Source: Octopus sinensis (Eukaryota). From it: a stretch of 64,000 nt of DNA. Below the pieces are notes generated by a model. It ran no database searches. It worked only from the letters and a program-made list of their open reading frames with translations, and was not told the origin of the DNA. The position numbers were made by a program, and so were the translations under genes. Shown here one piece after another: positions 24,801 to 37,848 of the stretch (position 1 is the first letter of the stretch; each line of letters opens with the position of its first letter). The stretch lies in the NCBI RefSeq assembly GCF_006345805.1, contig NC_043015.1, forward strand, positions 16,492,001 through 16,556,000. The letters run 5' to 3'.

Positions 24801-25808
24801 TTGTTCCTCTTTCTTTGACTTTCTTATAAAAATATTTATAAGTGAATTACGCCTCATAAAATACATTGTGTGTAAGAAGAATGTCCACTAGGAATGGGAG
24901 TCAGAAATTTGGAAAAAAAAAATCATTTTAAAATATTTTCTTTATCCCCAATTTTGTTAATTTAATTATGAAAGATAGAGTTCTTTATTATTCAGAAGAC
25001 ATTTAAAGTCAAACTTTTAAGGATTGCTCATTTGAAGTTTATAAGTTCCAGGTTTAGAAAGTAACAGAGTAGGAAAAAAACTAACAAATATAGAGAACAG
25101 TGGCAGTAGTCATGTATTTGCAGAATACTTTCCTAGGGGTATTTCCGTTGTTGCACTTGATTGGTTGAATTGAATGAATACGAATAAAAAATAAAGTTTA
25201 GAGAAATAACCAAATAGAGATCAATCAGTAAAGTTATCTTTGTGATTTTACATTATTTCGCTTGTCTTTCCTGCTCTTACCTCTAATTAGATTATATGCT
25301 TGGTAGGGAGTTACAAAACAAACCAATAAAAATTAGAAACACTTGGCTTATCAAGTGGCAGTGGAGACAGAAAAGATCAGAAATTTATTATAAAACTTAC
25401 ATTTCTGTGAGTTAACTGTTAAGATTTTAAGAAAGAAAAGAGAAACAGGTACTCTGATGAGTCAATCCATGTAGCTATCAACTGGCATGGGACAGGTGCA
25501 TGGTTTAAATTTTGCCAGGGGGCTTGTAGCAATTGATGCTTATAATGTCTTTAAAAAACTAGAAAAAAGAGTTACCTATCTACTATTCTTTTGTATTATT
25601 TTCTTCTACTATGTGTTTGTGACTGAATGAAGTAAAAATAGTGAACAATATAAAAATATGGAGGGCAATACGTGCAGAGTATGAAACAAATTCCTGTTTC
25701 AATCTGTCAGTGATAGGAATATTCTTATGTTCTAACATAATATATCTTACATTTATTGCTACAGTATATCATTAAATAAAGTAAATATGTATGAAAATAA
25801 TTACTTAC

Positions 25809-25971
25809 AATTTTAAGATTCCAGACTTTTTCCCAATCATCATAAAAACAAAATCATGGTATGTAATTACTCCTGTACCAGTGCGATCAACTTGTTCAAT
25901 CATCTTCTTAATTTCCAAATGTGTTTTGGCTTGGCCAAGTCTTTCAAGCATTCGTTTCACATCCATAATAT
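25809..25971 (-). CDS. AIF1: AIF1-like coding exon (equivalent of exon 5; second EF-hand)
   Basis: Acceptor aaaattag, 163 nt encoding (N)IMDVKRMLERLGQAKTHLEIKKMIEQVDRTGTGVITYHDFVFMMIGKKSGILK plus 2 nt, donor gtaagt. KRMLERLGQAKTHLE and the ILK end are AIF1 hallmarks. Confidence 0.95.
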
Positions 25972-26339
25972 CTAATTTTAAAAATTAGAAAATATAAATC
26001 AGGCAACAGATCACTGTTGGGGGAGGAAGAGAGTTGTTTTAAATGAACCATAGTAGTTAACAAATAACATTTGAACATTATTGAAAGAATGTTTATTGAG
26101 TCAGATGGATAAATGAGTACTAATATCCTTCTCAACATTGTTTAATTTACTGGGGTGATTTGATTTTATGCTACTATATTAGAGTGTTTTGTTTTGGTTT
26201 CATTTAAGAGTGGTATTTGCTCATGTCTAACAAATAGGCTATTTTAAGGCAGTTGTCTCTATAATCTTTAGACTTAATTCTTTAAACAATTCAATGAGGT
26301 TTTATTCTTCTAAATCTATCAGTTTATTCATTATCATAT

Positions 26340-27558
26340 ATCTTTGACTTGTTTCAATCATTTGACTTGGACACTGCCTTGAAGGGTTTTAAGTCAAACA
26401 AATTTACCCCAGAAATTATTTTTTTTTAAGCCTGCTACTTATTCTATCAGTCTCTTTTGCTGAACCACTAAGTTATAGGAACGTAAACACACCAACACTG
26501 GTTGTCAAGCAGTGATAAGACAAACACAAAGACACACATAGTTATATACATACATGCATATATATATGGAGAGTACATTGAAATCATTAAAAAAATATTA
26601 ACCAACACAAGACTATATCCATTAAAAACGGAACCAAAAGTGAAAAAATTCAGTCGACCTAACTGTGGCACATGGCCCCACCTTTTGGAGGATTTAAGAT
26701 TAAATCAAATTTCACCTGTGCCTCGGAAAACGTAATCTATGCCATTACCTGCTTAGGGTATGGTAATCAATATATTGGCCAAACAGGAATATCATTCCAT
26801 TGAAGAACCACCCTTCACAAAGAACAAATTTCCCACCCACAATACAGACAGATACAGGTCAGTGAACACATAGAAAGGTGTGCTAGGAAACTTAATCCTA
26901 ACTTCCTAATTTTCCCTTTCTATCAATGTTCACAGAACACCTCAGTACAGCAAAGAATGAACAAAGAGGCAACTTTCATTAATAAATATCATCCACAACT
27001 TAACATGAACACATAACATAATACAGAACACTACTAACCTTACCAATAATACCACTAACTCCCATACATCCCATACACCATTCTTATTACAGTATTATAT
27101 CTACTCTAACTGCACCACATCCAGAACTAGTTACCTCCCTTACACATAATCTTTTTATTCAGAGACTAGTAGACCCAACTCTCTTTGATAATCAGTGCGC
27201 TGTCAAAGCCAGTGAACAGTAATTGATGAAACCAGTATGACTTTGAATCCCTTTAACAATTCATAATAATGACTTTTATTCTTAATTCTACCTCAGTTCA
27301 TTTAATTGTATATATTTATCATTACTTTTCATAAATTTTTTTTGATATCCGATGTGCATTTTCACTTTTTTCTTCTTACTTTCTCCATATATATATGATG
27401 AGCTTTTTTTTAGTTTCCATCTACCAAATCCACTCAAGGCTTTGGTTAGCTTGAGGCTGTAGTAGGAAACATCTGCCCAAAGTGCCACACAGTGGAACTG
27501 AACTGGGTACCATGTGGTTGGGAAGCAAACTTCTTACCACACAGCCATGTCTGCACCT
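26340..27558 (-). mobile_element. SINE family B split by a Penelope-like insertion
   Basis: The 3' half is at about 26340-26515 and the 5' half at about 27400-27558, both on the minus strand and collinear with the copy at 22856. Confidence 0.75.
26540..27020 (+). mobile_element. Penelope-like GIY-YIG endonuclease 3' fragment
   Basis: FKIKSNFTCASENVIYAITC...YIGQTG..FH*RTTLHKEQI...KYHPQLN. Confidence 0.88.
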
Positions 27559-28367
27559 GTTCAATATTTCTAAGGTTATAATTATATATTGCATTGTCAA
27601 GGTGGACTTAAACCACATGGCTTGTTCTTCCTTCTTTTTCCAGTTTCTCTTGGCCTTTCCTCTTTTCTTCTTCCATTATCCTAAGAAACCAAAGGAAGAC
27701 TGTCTAAAACATTATAGCCATGAACGCTTTCCTGTTGTTGACGGTTTTTTTCTGGTTCCTTTGATACTGGCTCTTTGGTTCACTGAGTGACAAATTTCCC
27801 TTCAACCCCTACAATACTTTTTTTTCCCTTAAAATATCTTATTTACTTTCTGCCTGTCATATTAAGAACTACAGATTTCTGCCTCCACCCTGCTCCCCAA
27901 CACAATTTCCATGATCATAATTTTCAGAATTATGGATATTTTTTAATAAAATTTTTACGAATATGTGTTCTATTATGTCAATTTCGAATATATAAAATCT
28001 GGGGGACTGTTTTAGGAGGGGTGGGGATTTTCTGAAAATTCACCCAAGTCTACTTCAATTTGTGTTAACTTTCAAGAAAATGGATATTTTTTAATGAAAC
28101 TCTCTACATTAGATTCACTTCTTTAAAAAGGTTTCTCAATGTCAACTTCTGGTAATTGACATAAAAATGGCGAAGTCTGTCCCTGTCTAAATTTTAATGT
28201 TTTCATTTCAAGTTTTAATTTGCTATTTGTAAACAACTACAATAAATTACTGAAAGAAATATTTACTAAGTTCACAATTTAAATATTCAGTACAAGACAC
28301 TTTTCAACGTGCTTCTATTTATACGATTTATTCATTCCATCTCCATCTCATTCATTGTTTGAAATAT

Positions 28368-28398
<31 letters not shown>

Positions 28399-28939
28399 CA
28401 CACACATACACACACTCCAGGTTTGATTTCTTTATTACACAAATATCACGTTAAAATTTTGCAATTAAACATGTGGTACCCCAAAAAAATATGGGCATTA
28501 TTTTGCTGGAACTCACATACCTTGTTTATTTACATAAAAATTTTTTTTTTCATGCTGTGTTCAGCTTTATATATTTATAAGTAACACACACATGTGTTTT
28601 TGTATGTATGTTGTGTGTCTGTGTGTGTGTGTGCGAGTGAAGCGGTGTGTTGTCATGTATTCATACATACATATTTTCTGTATGTGTATGTGTGTGTGAG
28701 AGGGAGAGTGATGTCTAAGTGGCACTCTCTCTCTCTCTCTCACACACACATACATACAAGAAAGATGTATGCCTATTATTTATGTATATACGTAAATGAC
28801 AACACACCTCTTCACTCTCTCTCTCTCTCTCACACACACACATACATCTCCATTTCATCTGTGGTTTGATATTGTATATGTATCTGTGTGTGTGTGTGGG
28901 GGGGGGGCAGTGTTCCACAATTGTCAAAAAACAGCAGAA

Positions 28940-30180
28940 GAATTTTCTTTCTTGATGCTCCTGGTGACACACGTAAAATAATTGTAACATTACTACTCTC
29001 CAAAGTAAGGCAACAAAAAAAAATTTGCAGTTGCCATTGTCTGGCTTTTCTCACAGAAGGACAAACAGCTCATTCTGCTTTTAATTACCACTAAACCTAG
29101 TCACAAGTGACAGTCTAATTTGTAGCATAAGCAAAGATTCAGGTTCAGCAGAAGTGTTGTGCCAATGCCACCTTATCATTTGGGATGAATGCACCATGTC
29201 ACATAGAGGTGCAATGGAAGGTCTTGGTAACACCTTACAAGATATTGGAGGCAACAATAAATTTATGGGAAGATTTACATTACTTTTATCAGGAAAATTC
29301 AGACAGACATTACCAGTCATCCTGAGACAAACAAGATCTGATGAAATAAAAGCATGCATTAAGTCTTCATACCTCTGGAATAAAGTTCTGAAATTCTCCT
29401 TCAATACTAACGTGCCAGCTTCATTACATGGGGACCAATGTGCAAAACAGTTTTCAACCTGCCTCCTCCAATTAGGAAATGAGAAAGTACCACTTAATGG
29501 GAATGGTGATATCAGATTGGCTCATATTGCTATCATGATGAATTCCCCAGCTCAATTGAAGAACAAGGTATTACCAGCCTTAAGTGATGATTATAATTCA
29601 CATAAATGGTTGTGTGAAAGGGCAATTCTTAATCCAAAAAATGAGACAATAGCAAGAATTAACCATGAATTAACGAATAAGATTCCAACAGTCATTAAGA
29701 AGTACAAATCAGTTGATTCAGTCCTTGATGAAAATCAAGCTGTCCATTACTCAACAGAGTTCCTTAATTCTCTTGAGTCACCTGGAATTCCTCCACATAA
29801 ACTTTTTTTGAAGGTAGGTGTCCCAATAATGCTTCTAAGAAATTGAGATGCTCCTATATTATGCAATGGGACAAGGTTGATTGTGAAGACATTATCACTT
29901 AATGTGACAGAAGCTACCATCATAACTGGATGTGCCTCTGGGGAAGAGGTTTTCGTTCCAAGAGTTCCAATCAAACCAACAGACATGCCCTTTGAGTTCA
30001 AACAAACAGAATTCCCAGTGCGACTTACTTTTGCAATGTCTATTAATACAGCTCAAGGTCAGTCTTTGAAATCTATTGGCTTGATTTTCTCATGGCCAAC
30101 TTTGTTGGTTGCTCCAGGGTAGGTTGTTTGCAAGACTTGTTTGTCAATGCTCCAAATCAGAAAACAAAGAATCTTGTTTA
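28940..30180 (+). mobile_element. Helitron PIF1-family helicase remnant
   Basis: FFLDAPG, TAHSAF, LIIWDECTM, SG.FRQTLPV, ERAIL.PKN, TEFLNSL..PG.PPH.L.LKVG.PIMLLRN, FAMSINTAQGQSL. Frameshifted. Confidence 0.92.
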
Positions 30181-30263
30181 CCCAGAAGCTCTTACATAAT
30201 TTCCTTCAAACATATGTGGTAGAATTTATCTCCTTTCATAAAAGTGGTAAATTTTGTATTTTT

Positions 30264-30264
30264 G

Positions 30265-30298
<34 letters not shown>

Positions 30299-30308
30299 TA
30301 TTATTATT

Positions 30309-30341
<33 letters not shown>

Positions 30342-30345
30342 ATTC
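30264..30345. repeat. (TTA)n(TTG)n microsatellite
   Basis: Directly visible. Confidence 0.9.
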
Positions 30346-30413
30346 TTCCAAACTGTAAGGAAAAATTTCATTCCCAGGCAAGTTAAAATCAAAAATAAAT
30401 AATTTGTACTCAC

Positions 30414-30455
30414 TAAGATCACCACTAACATCTTGATCAAACTGCATAAACTGAC
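30414..30455 (-). CDS. AIF1: AIF1-like coding exon (equivalent of exon 4; first EF-hand loop)
   Basis: Acceptor atttgttgcag, 42 nt encoding (S)QFMQFDQDVSGDL plus 1 nt, donor gtgagt. Phases fit both neighbours. Confidence 0.93.
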
Positions 30456-31007
30456 CTGCAACAAATATAGATATTTTATTGCAAGATATTGAAAAACAAA
30501 GTATGATAATTATTTTCATCTTAATTATTGCTATTACTATGATGCTAATGTTTTAATTATAAATATGATATTTAGTTAGCATTTGTTCATCTATTTATTC
30601 ATATATTACTAGTTTGTCAAAATGATGTCAATTATATTAGTTCTGAACAATATCGATGTATAGATGTCAATAGTTCTTTCTGAATAGGCATCAATTTAAT
30701 ATTTTTCATCTTTCTTTTTTTTTTTTGCCAATGGTATACCTCTTGAATCATTTATATCAATAAATATGAGTATCTTTAAAATTCATCCATATAAATATGG
30801 GTAGTTTAATTAATTTTTCAAAGTTTATTATTAAAAAAACTATGACAACTATAAACCTTTCCAAGTTTCACCTTAAATTTATGTATAGTAAACTCTACAG
30901 ATACCAGTTTCTAAGATCTTGCATAAAGAATCTAATTTTAATCATTAAATCTGAAGAGTTTGTGGAAGGATTCTTCAAAAAATCAGAAAAATTCTCAGTG
31001 TTAGCAT

Positions 31008-31508
31008 ATTGGTTTCAAATTTTGGCACAAGGCCAACTATTTCAGGGGAGGGGTAAGTTGATTAGATGAAGCCCAGTACTTAACTGGTACTTATTTTATT
31101 GACCTTGAAAGATTGAAAGGCAAAGTTGATCCCAACAGAATTTGAACACAGTACATATAAAAGGATGAAATGTCACTAAGCATTTTGCTTGGTGTGCTAA
31201 CAATTCTGCCAGCTTATGCCTTAAATAATACAAATGTTGTCAATTTTTTTCATGATGATATGAGAGCATAATTGATTAAATGGTGGAATGAAATAATATT
31301 GGTTTCAAATTTTGACTGAAGTCCAGCAATTTGTGGGGAGAGGGTAAGTTGATTACATCAACCCCAGGGTGCAGCTGGTACTTATTTTATCAACTTCAAA
31401 AGGATGAATGTCAAAGTCAGCAGAATTTGAACTCAGAACATAAAGACAGACAAAATGCCACTAAGCATTTAACCCAGCATGCTGATGATTCTTCCAGTTT
31501 GCTGCCTT
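31008..31508 (-). mobile_element. Two tandem SINE family A copies
   Basis: Reverse-complement cores at about 31008-31222 and 31300-31508. Confidence 0.8.
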
Positions 31509-32123
31509 AGGCATGAGGTAATATTAAAGAGCTCTATACCAAAATTACTGAAATGTTTTATTCTTGACATTTAGGGGAATTAGATTTGTGATATTTACAC
31601 GTATTCAGTCATTGTATTCTAAAATTATCAATCTGGGAGCCAATCTGTATTGGAAATGGTTTATATTGGATACCTTTAACAGGCATTGAGCTTTTGCAAA
31701 ACTGTTATAGTTTAAATTTCCTATGAGTTTTAGAGGTTTCCTTCAGCACTGAACTGAATACTTACAACAGATATGATTCCATTCAAGGGTCTGGAGGCCA
31801 AAAGAATTTTAAAACCTAAATGAAAACTAACAACCTAAGTTTTTGCATCACAATGTTATCCCAAATATCATTTGTTAGAAAATATCTATATATAATTCTG
31901 CCTGTAAATATAAATGAAGATGAGACCCATAAGGTAACTTTTGTAGTGGTTAGAATAGTGTGTAAATAAGAAAGAGTTTATAATGTTACCACAATATTTC
32001 CCGTTATTAATATATTTCAGTTAAATCTACATAGTAGACACCATCAGTTGCTAAGGGATTAAAAATAATCTACTTATGATAAATGTACCCAAAATTGTTC
32101 AAAATTAAAATAGAAAATCTTAC

Positions 32124-32190
32124 TTTTATATCGTATAAGTTTTTCTTCAAGATCTTCTATATCTCTGTATGCTATATCATCCAGAAATTG
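32124..32190 (-). CDS. AIF1: AIF1-like coding exon (equivalent of exon 3)
   Basis: Acceptor atttttgcag, 67 nt encoding QFLDDIAYRDIEDLEEKLIRYK plus 1 nt, donor gtaaga. Phase 0 start fits the previous exon. Confidence 0.93.
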
Positions 32191-33071
32191 CTGCAAAAAT
32201 ATGATTTAAAAAAAAAGCTATATAAAACCACAGGTTTCTTATTAGCGTTAGAATTTACTACAGTGAAAGACATGAAACAAAAGATTAAGACAATAGGAAA
32301 ATCTTGGAGGGCAGGTGTATAAGTTTAGAATATTAACTTGTTGGGGGATGCATAAAACTAGGAAGCTAACTTTTGTGACATGTTCATTAGTTTTAGTGGT
32401 ATTAATTTTAGTTTTGATCATAATGTTTTTGTTGTTGTTGATATTGGTGGTGAGTGAGTGGTGGGTGCTGAGGGGTTATGGGTTTCTTAAAGATGAGACA
32501 GTGCTAGCTGCTTTCCATGCCATACCACCCTTAACAAAATCATAAAACATGGTCTAGATGCCACAGGCTTCCCTTCCCAGCTCAGGTCAGCAGGGCTAGA
32601 CTGGAGGCACAATGAAAAGCCAGACAGTATTTTCCTCTTCTGTATTGGTAGACCCCTCATCTGGGACACATTCTCTAGCTGCAACGCCTTCTTCAGTGGC
32701 AACTTGGTGTGTTCAGCTACCAGCTCAGGCTTTGCTACTAGTCAGGCTGAGAAAAGCAAACTATCAAAGTATCAGTTGTTCTCTGATAGGTTTATGTTTT
32801 GAGCCTGTGGCAGTAGAGACCTCTGGTGTTCTTGGCTCCTGGACCACATTGCTGTTCACTGCTATCAGGGCAGAGATGGCTATCCACAAGTGCAAACCCC
32901 GGGAGTCAGAGTATCTGTTCTAATGAATCTCCCTCACCATCTTCCAGGGCAACAACTTTTCCATTTTGTCTACTGGGACCATGAGGCAATTTGAATTACA
33001 GGAAATCAAGAGAATGTAAGAATTTCATTCTTTACTACATGAACAATAAAATTAAGAAAATGTACTCCAGT

Positions 33072-36000
33072 TTAATCCTCTAACATTCAGATTACTCTGA
33101 TGTGGGGATGAGCTGGAAGAAGAGGGCCATGACGTCAATGGTCAAGGGACTGATCAGAAGAGGAAGTGTAAGAAGGGAAGTTCTGGGGGGACAGCAGAGG
33201 GTTGTCCTTCTTTGGCTGGCCGAGGCATTGCAAATGGATGTGAGGGAACTCGCTCTCGGATTGGAGATAGCAGCTGCTTATTACTGGGTGGCAGGGTAGG
33301 GCAGGATTGTCAGAGTAACTATTACTAGATGGGCACAGATGAGAGAAGAAGGTAGGTGAACCACTTTTCATTTCCCATGCACAACAAGCTATTTCGGCAA
33401 TTGTATACAGATGTCGTTGTCCCCTTGATATATGATGGCAGCGAAGATAAGGATTGGTAGTGATGTCATCAGACCTTTCTATGGTGAAGGTGACGTGGTA
33501 GCCTGAATTTAAAAGGTCAAAGTTGTGGCCAGGCTACAAGACATCGAAGATGTAGCAAGCCTCATGGCCCTGTATTTGGAAGGGAGTGCACTGGCACTGT
33601 ACCTTGAAATGGATGAAGAAGAACAGCTGAGCTGGCAAAGATCGATCAGTGCTCGAGAGAGGCTTACACAGATTGAGAGTACACCACTTTTGCTAAGCTG
33701 GGAACAATCAGATGGAGAAAACAGGTCGATGAATATGCTGTGGAGGTATGGAGGTTGGTTGTGTTGTCTGGTCTTACCGGTGAGTGACTTGAGAAAGTAG
33801 TGTGAGTGGCTTTTGTGAATGGCTTTCCCGATGACTTGTTGGTGCAACTACAACAGTTGCCAGGCAGCAACAAAATGGCAACGAGTGAGCTCATTGTTCA
33901 AGCCCGCATGTTGACACAAAACACCAGGCGGAAGGCAGTAGTGATGGCGGCTGCAGAAGCCCGCAAATCTGCATGACAGCCAGCGAAGGACAAAAAGAGG
34001 CCTGCTGAGGAACAACAGCGGCTGTTCACAGGCCGGTATTTTAAGTGCCAAGGACCACACCTGGCAAGGTTACTGCACGGAGCCTGGACTGGTTTGCTGT
34101 CGGTACAAACAGACTGGGCATATTGCCTGAAATTGTAGCCAGGGAAATGGTCACAGGAAAGTTGTTGCCTCTCAAACTTCCCCTGTGAACGAGTAGAGGC
34201 ATTGGTGAAGTCACAGCCTGTAGTTGCCGACATGGTCAGGGGAAACACGTTCAAGACCCTAGTGGACATGGGTTGCATGATGACTCTTGTGACCCCAAGG
34301 GTGACAAAGAAATGGAAGGGGACAAGTAGAGTTCAGGTGGCCAATGGCAGCATAATTGAATGCAAGCATACCAGCGATATGGATATAGCAGTGTGAGGCA
34401 CAACAGTAAGGTTTTGGGCAATCGTGATCGACCATGTGATAGACAGGATTGACATGGTAATGGGGATGGATGCGATCAACCACATTGGAGGTGTCAGTTT
34501 TGGAGGAGACATGGTTTCATTTGGTGCCGTGAAGGCAATGTGTGCTGTGTAGTCAGGAATGTGAGTGGGGGCAGAGCCCCATGAGGAGCTTGACTTCCTA
34601 TGCCATTGAAGACAAGGATTTTCAGATGGCGTTCAATGGTCAGCGATGGACGATAGGGTGGCACTGGAAAGAGGGACCCCCAATGCTGAAGAACAAGGCG
34701 AGCTGCTATCAGCATACCCTTAAAGGGCATACCAGGGGCGAGTTTCAAGAAGAGGTAGAGAAGTAGATTAAGGAAGGTATCTTTATCCTGTGGAGGATGG
34801 TGAGATGGTGAGCAAAGTGCTACCTCTAATGGCAGTGGTGCGGCCAACAAAGGGCAAAGTTAGACCGGTACTGGACTTTCGGGAGATGACCGGCCATGTA
34901 TTTTAGTGGATAGGATAAGAAGGGCCACCAGTTCCTACATAGATGACATCCTAGTGGACAAGACCATAGTGCCTGCCACAGAGGTTGTGAGACATTTGAA
35001 GAAATTCGGGTTAATTGCAAAAAAGCCACCAGAGCCAATGGCTGGAGGAGTTGCACTGGAACTTAAGCTTCAGAGAGACAGAACAGGTGAGTTGATGTTT
35101 TGTAGGTGTAATGAGATCCCGGAGCTGGGTACCAACGTCAGCAGGTGAGAACTGTTCTCAATGTGCGGGAAGTTAGTAGGTCACTACCCAATCATGGGGT
35201 GGCTGCGTATAGCATGCAGTTACACCAAGAGATGAGCAGAAGGGGAGAACTGGAGTAAGAAGGTGGGAGAGGGGATGGTGGCGATGATGTGAGAAATCCT
35301 GGAGAAGATGAAAGCAGAAGACCCAGTCAGAGTGAACTGGCATATGCCCAAATCAGATAGACGAGCCATATGGTGTGATGCTGGTACAACATGTAACCCC
35401 AATCAGGACAGGCCAAAGAGCCCATGCCACAGAGAGCAAAATTCAAATACGAATAGTGGCATCCGAGTAAACCATCAAGATGCCTGTAGAAGAGAGAGGG
35501 TCCGACTTCATGGAGGTGGGAGATGAAGTCTGGGTCAAGCCACCAAATTCACGCTGCACAACTCAGTGGAACAGAGAAATTGTGATGGCTGTCAATTCCA
35601 AAAACAACATCTCTGTGGACGGAATGCTGCGTCATTTCTTGGATGTTCATAGGATTGTTACTTTGTCAGATGATGATTGTGGAGAAGAGGAAGAGAAAGA
35701 GGTTCCCAGTTTAAGAAGATCACAACATGCAAGGCACCCATCCGGGTGGGTGGTAGATTTCGACATGGAGTGATGTGAGGAGGTGATCAGTGGAGATGGG
35801 GAAACATGAGCTGGAAGAAGAGGACCATGATATCAATGGTCAAGGGACTGGTTGGAAGAGGAAGCGTGAGAAGGGAAGTACAGTGAGAACAGCAGAGGGT
35901 CGTCTTTTTTGGCCAGTCGAGGCATTGCAAACAGACTTGAGGGAATTCGCTCTCAGGTTGGAGATAGCAGCTGCTTATTACTGGGTGACAGAGTAGGGCA

Positions 36001-36280
36001 GGATCACTGGAGCAACTACTACTAGATGGGTTCAGACAAATGAGGGAGATAGGTGACCCTCTTTACATTTCCCAAGCACAACATCTACCAAATGTAATTC
36101 TTATTTATTCTCATTGTTTTGAATTAATAATTTTGGAGCTTCAAGATTTCAATGGTGTGTTAGTATATTTTTAGAATGACATTGTAAGGTAGGTGTGAGA
36201 GGTTGGGTTTGGTCAGTTTCAACATAAAACAAGCAGAATAACTGGGCTGGATATGGCCAAACTAAATGCTAAAGGATTAA
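33072..36280. mobile_element. piggyBac-type MITE split by a Gypsy insertion
   Basis: TTAA tcctctaacattcagattactctg (33072-33100) continues after the 3' LTR (36084-36280) and ends aatgctaaagga TTAA. It matches the related copies at 42698-43117. Confidence 0.75.
33101..36083 (+). mobile_element. Internally deleted Gypsy LTR retrotransposon with two LTRs
   Basis: LTRs at 33101-33386 and about 35797-36083 (tg...acaaca). Remnants of gag (LYLEGSALALYL), protease (TLVDMGC), RT (VRPVLDFRE, YIDDILV), RNase H region and integrase C-terminus (VKPPNSRCT). Same family as 16875-17969. Confidence 0.9.
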
Positions 36281-36405
36281 ACAGTATTGACAAAAACAGA
36301 CCTTAGATCAAATGAAGGTTTATTTCAAAATTGAATGTAAGAGGCTGATATCAATAGTAGCAACCAGCTCAGCACAAGTGTTTTTGCTGTGACTTCTATT
36401 AAATA

Positions 36406-37250
36406 CTAGCAGAATTGCCCGGCGTTGCTCGGGGCTGAATTGCTTGAAAGTACTGTTAATGATTGCACTGAATTATGATGATTATTCAGGCAAATATTGA
36501 TATAAGCTTACGGTGGGAGATAAGGACTTAACGATCAAACGTGTGCCATTGCATTGTTTTGGGGGAACCAAATTTCTGATGAGCATTATAGGGGCACCAA
36601 CTTTAAGTTTGAGAAAGTGTGGTGGTAGTCCGGGGTGCTCAAAGGAATTGAGTACCTCTATTGGATAGTTGATGACGTCCTCTGGGTCAGGAGTTGTATC
36701 GATAGACTGATATACATAGACTTCCCCAGGAATGAGTTTTAGCATTTCATCATTAATATGGTGAACAGTTTTATTCCTCGGGGCCAGTATAGCCTTTTTG
36801 CCAATCCAATCCATATTCTGATAATTAGCTTGTAGATCTGGGAACACTGCATCTCTGAGATCAGAAGGCGTCTTAACAATGGTACAAATGGAATCGATGG
36901 CAATATTACCATTTTCATCCCCTGGTATTTTGCCTTCGCCAAGTGCAAGGAGGGTGTGAGGAAATGCTGCTGATGTGATATTACGTCGCATATGAGCACG
37001 CATATTGGTGTGAAGTTTGAGAGTTACTTCCGTTTATTTTTAAAAATATGCATTAAAATGGAAAAAAATGATGGTAAATTATTTGTAAAATCATAGACTC
37101 ATCGTAGACGCACGCTAATACCCAGAAGGGCTCGATATGAATCACGACTATAAGATACCCGGTTTTGGTTAAACTGCATCGCAAAATGTGGGAGTAGTTA
37201 GGAATCTAAATCGGAGTAGACAGACACACAACCTTTCTTTTATATATAAA
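36406..37250 (-). mobile_element. Non-autonomous Helitron carrying a helicase fragment
   Basis: Minus-strand 3' end CTAG|T at 36406 with a subterminal hairpin (cccggcgttgctcggg). Sense helicase fragment 36482-37003 (AILAPRN, EVLNSF..PGLPPH.L.LKVGAPIMLIRNL). The terminal part is shared with 39131-39516. Confidence 0.88.
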
Positions 37251-37252
37251 TA

Positions 37253-37729
37253 TTTTCGTCCTAAAAAACTTTGTATGGATTGAATGGTTACCTCTATGGA
37301 AATATATACACGCACATTATACATACATGTGTGTATAGATGAATATATAAATACATTTAAATATCTATATACACTTTTGGGCGATCTTTCTGTTTCTTAG
37401 AGATAACTTTAGATCTTATTTTCGTGCTAAAAAACTTTGTATGGAGTGAATGGTTACCTCTATGGAAATATATACACACACGTTATACGTACATGTGTGC
37501 ATAGATGAATATATAAATACATTTATATATCTATATACACTTTTGGGCGATCTCTGTGCTACTTAGAGATAACTTTAGATCTTATTTTCGTCCTAAAAAA
37601 CTTTGTGCGGAGTGATTGGTTACGTGTATGGAAATATATACACACACATTATACATACATCTGTGTATAGATGAATATATAAATACATTTAAATATCTAT
37701 ATACACTTTTGGGCGATCTTTCTGCTACT
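37253..37729. repeat. Three-unit ~166-bp tandem repeat
   Basis: Units start ttttcgt at 37253, 37419 and 37585. Confidence 0.9.
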
Positions 37730-37732
37730 TGG

Positions 37733-37815
37733 ATATAGGGGCGATGTTTCGCTTGTCGTAGCACACGTTTCCGTCGATTTCCGTAAAAAATGTAAACACT
37801 GAATCGGCCATATAT

Positions 37816-37848
<33 letters not shown>

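Noticed and set aside
28360-28900. Repeated and inverted CT/CA-rich modules
   Set aside because: Mostly compound microsatellites with short shared linkers. No discrete element could be defined.
31766-31815. 50-nt minus-strand segment with good AG/GTAAGT sites inside an AIF1 intron
   Set aside because: Its length is not a multiple of three, so inclusion would frameshift AIF1, and the flanking exons already join in frame. At most a poison or cryptic exon.
32540-32960. GC-richer coding-like stretch with ORFs on both strands
   Set aside because: No recognisable motif or splice framework; probably an unclassified decayed TE.
37253-37729. Regularly spaced repeats as a CRISPR-like array
   Set aside because: Eukaryotic context. 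The units are head-to-tail 166-bp repeats with no unique spacers.
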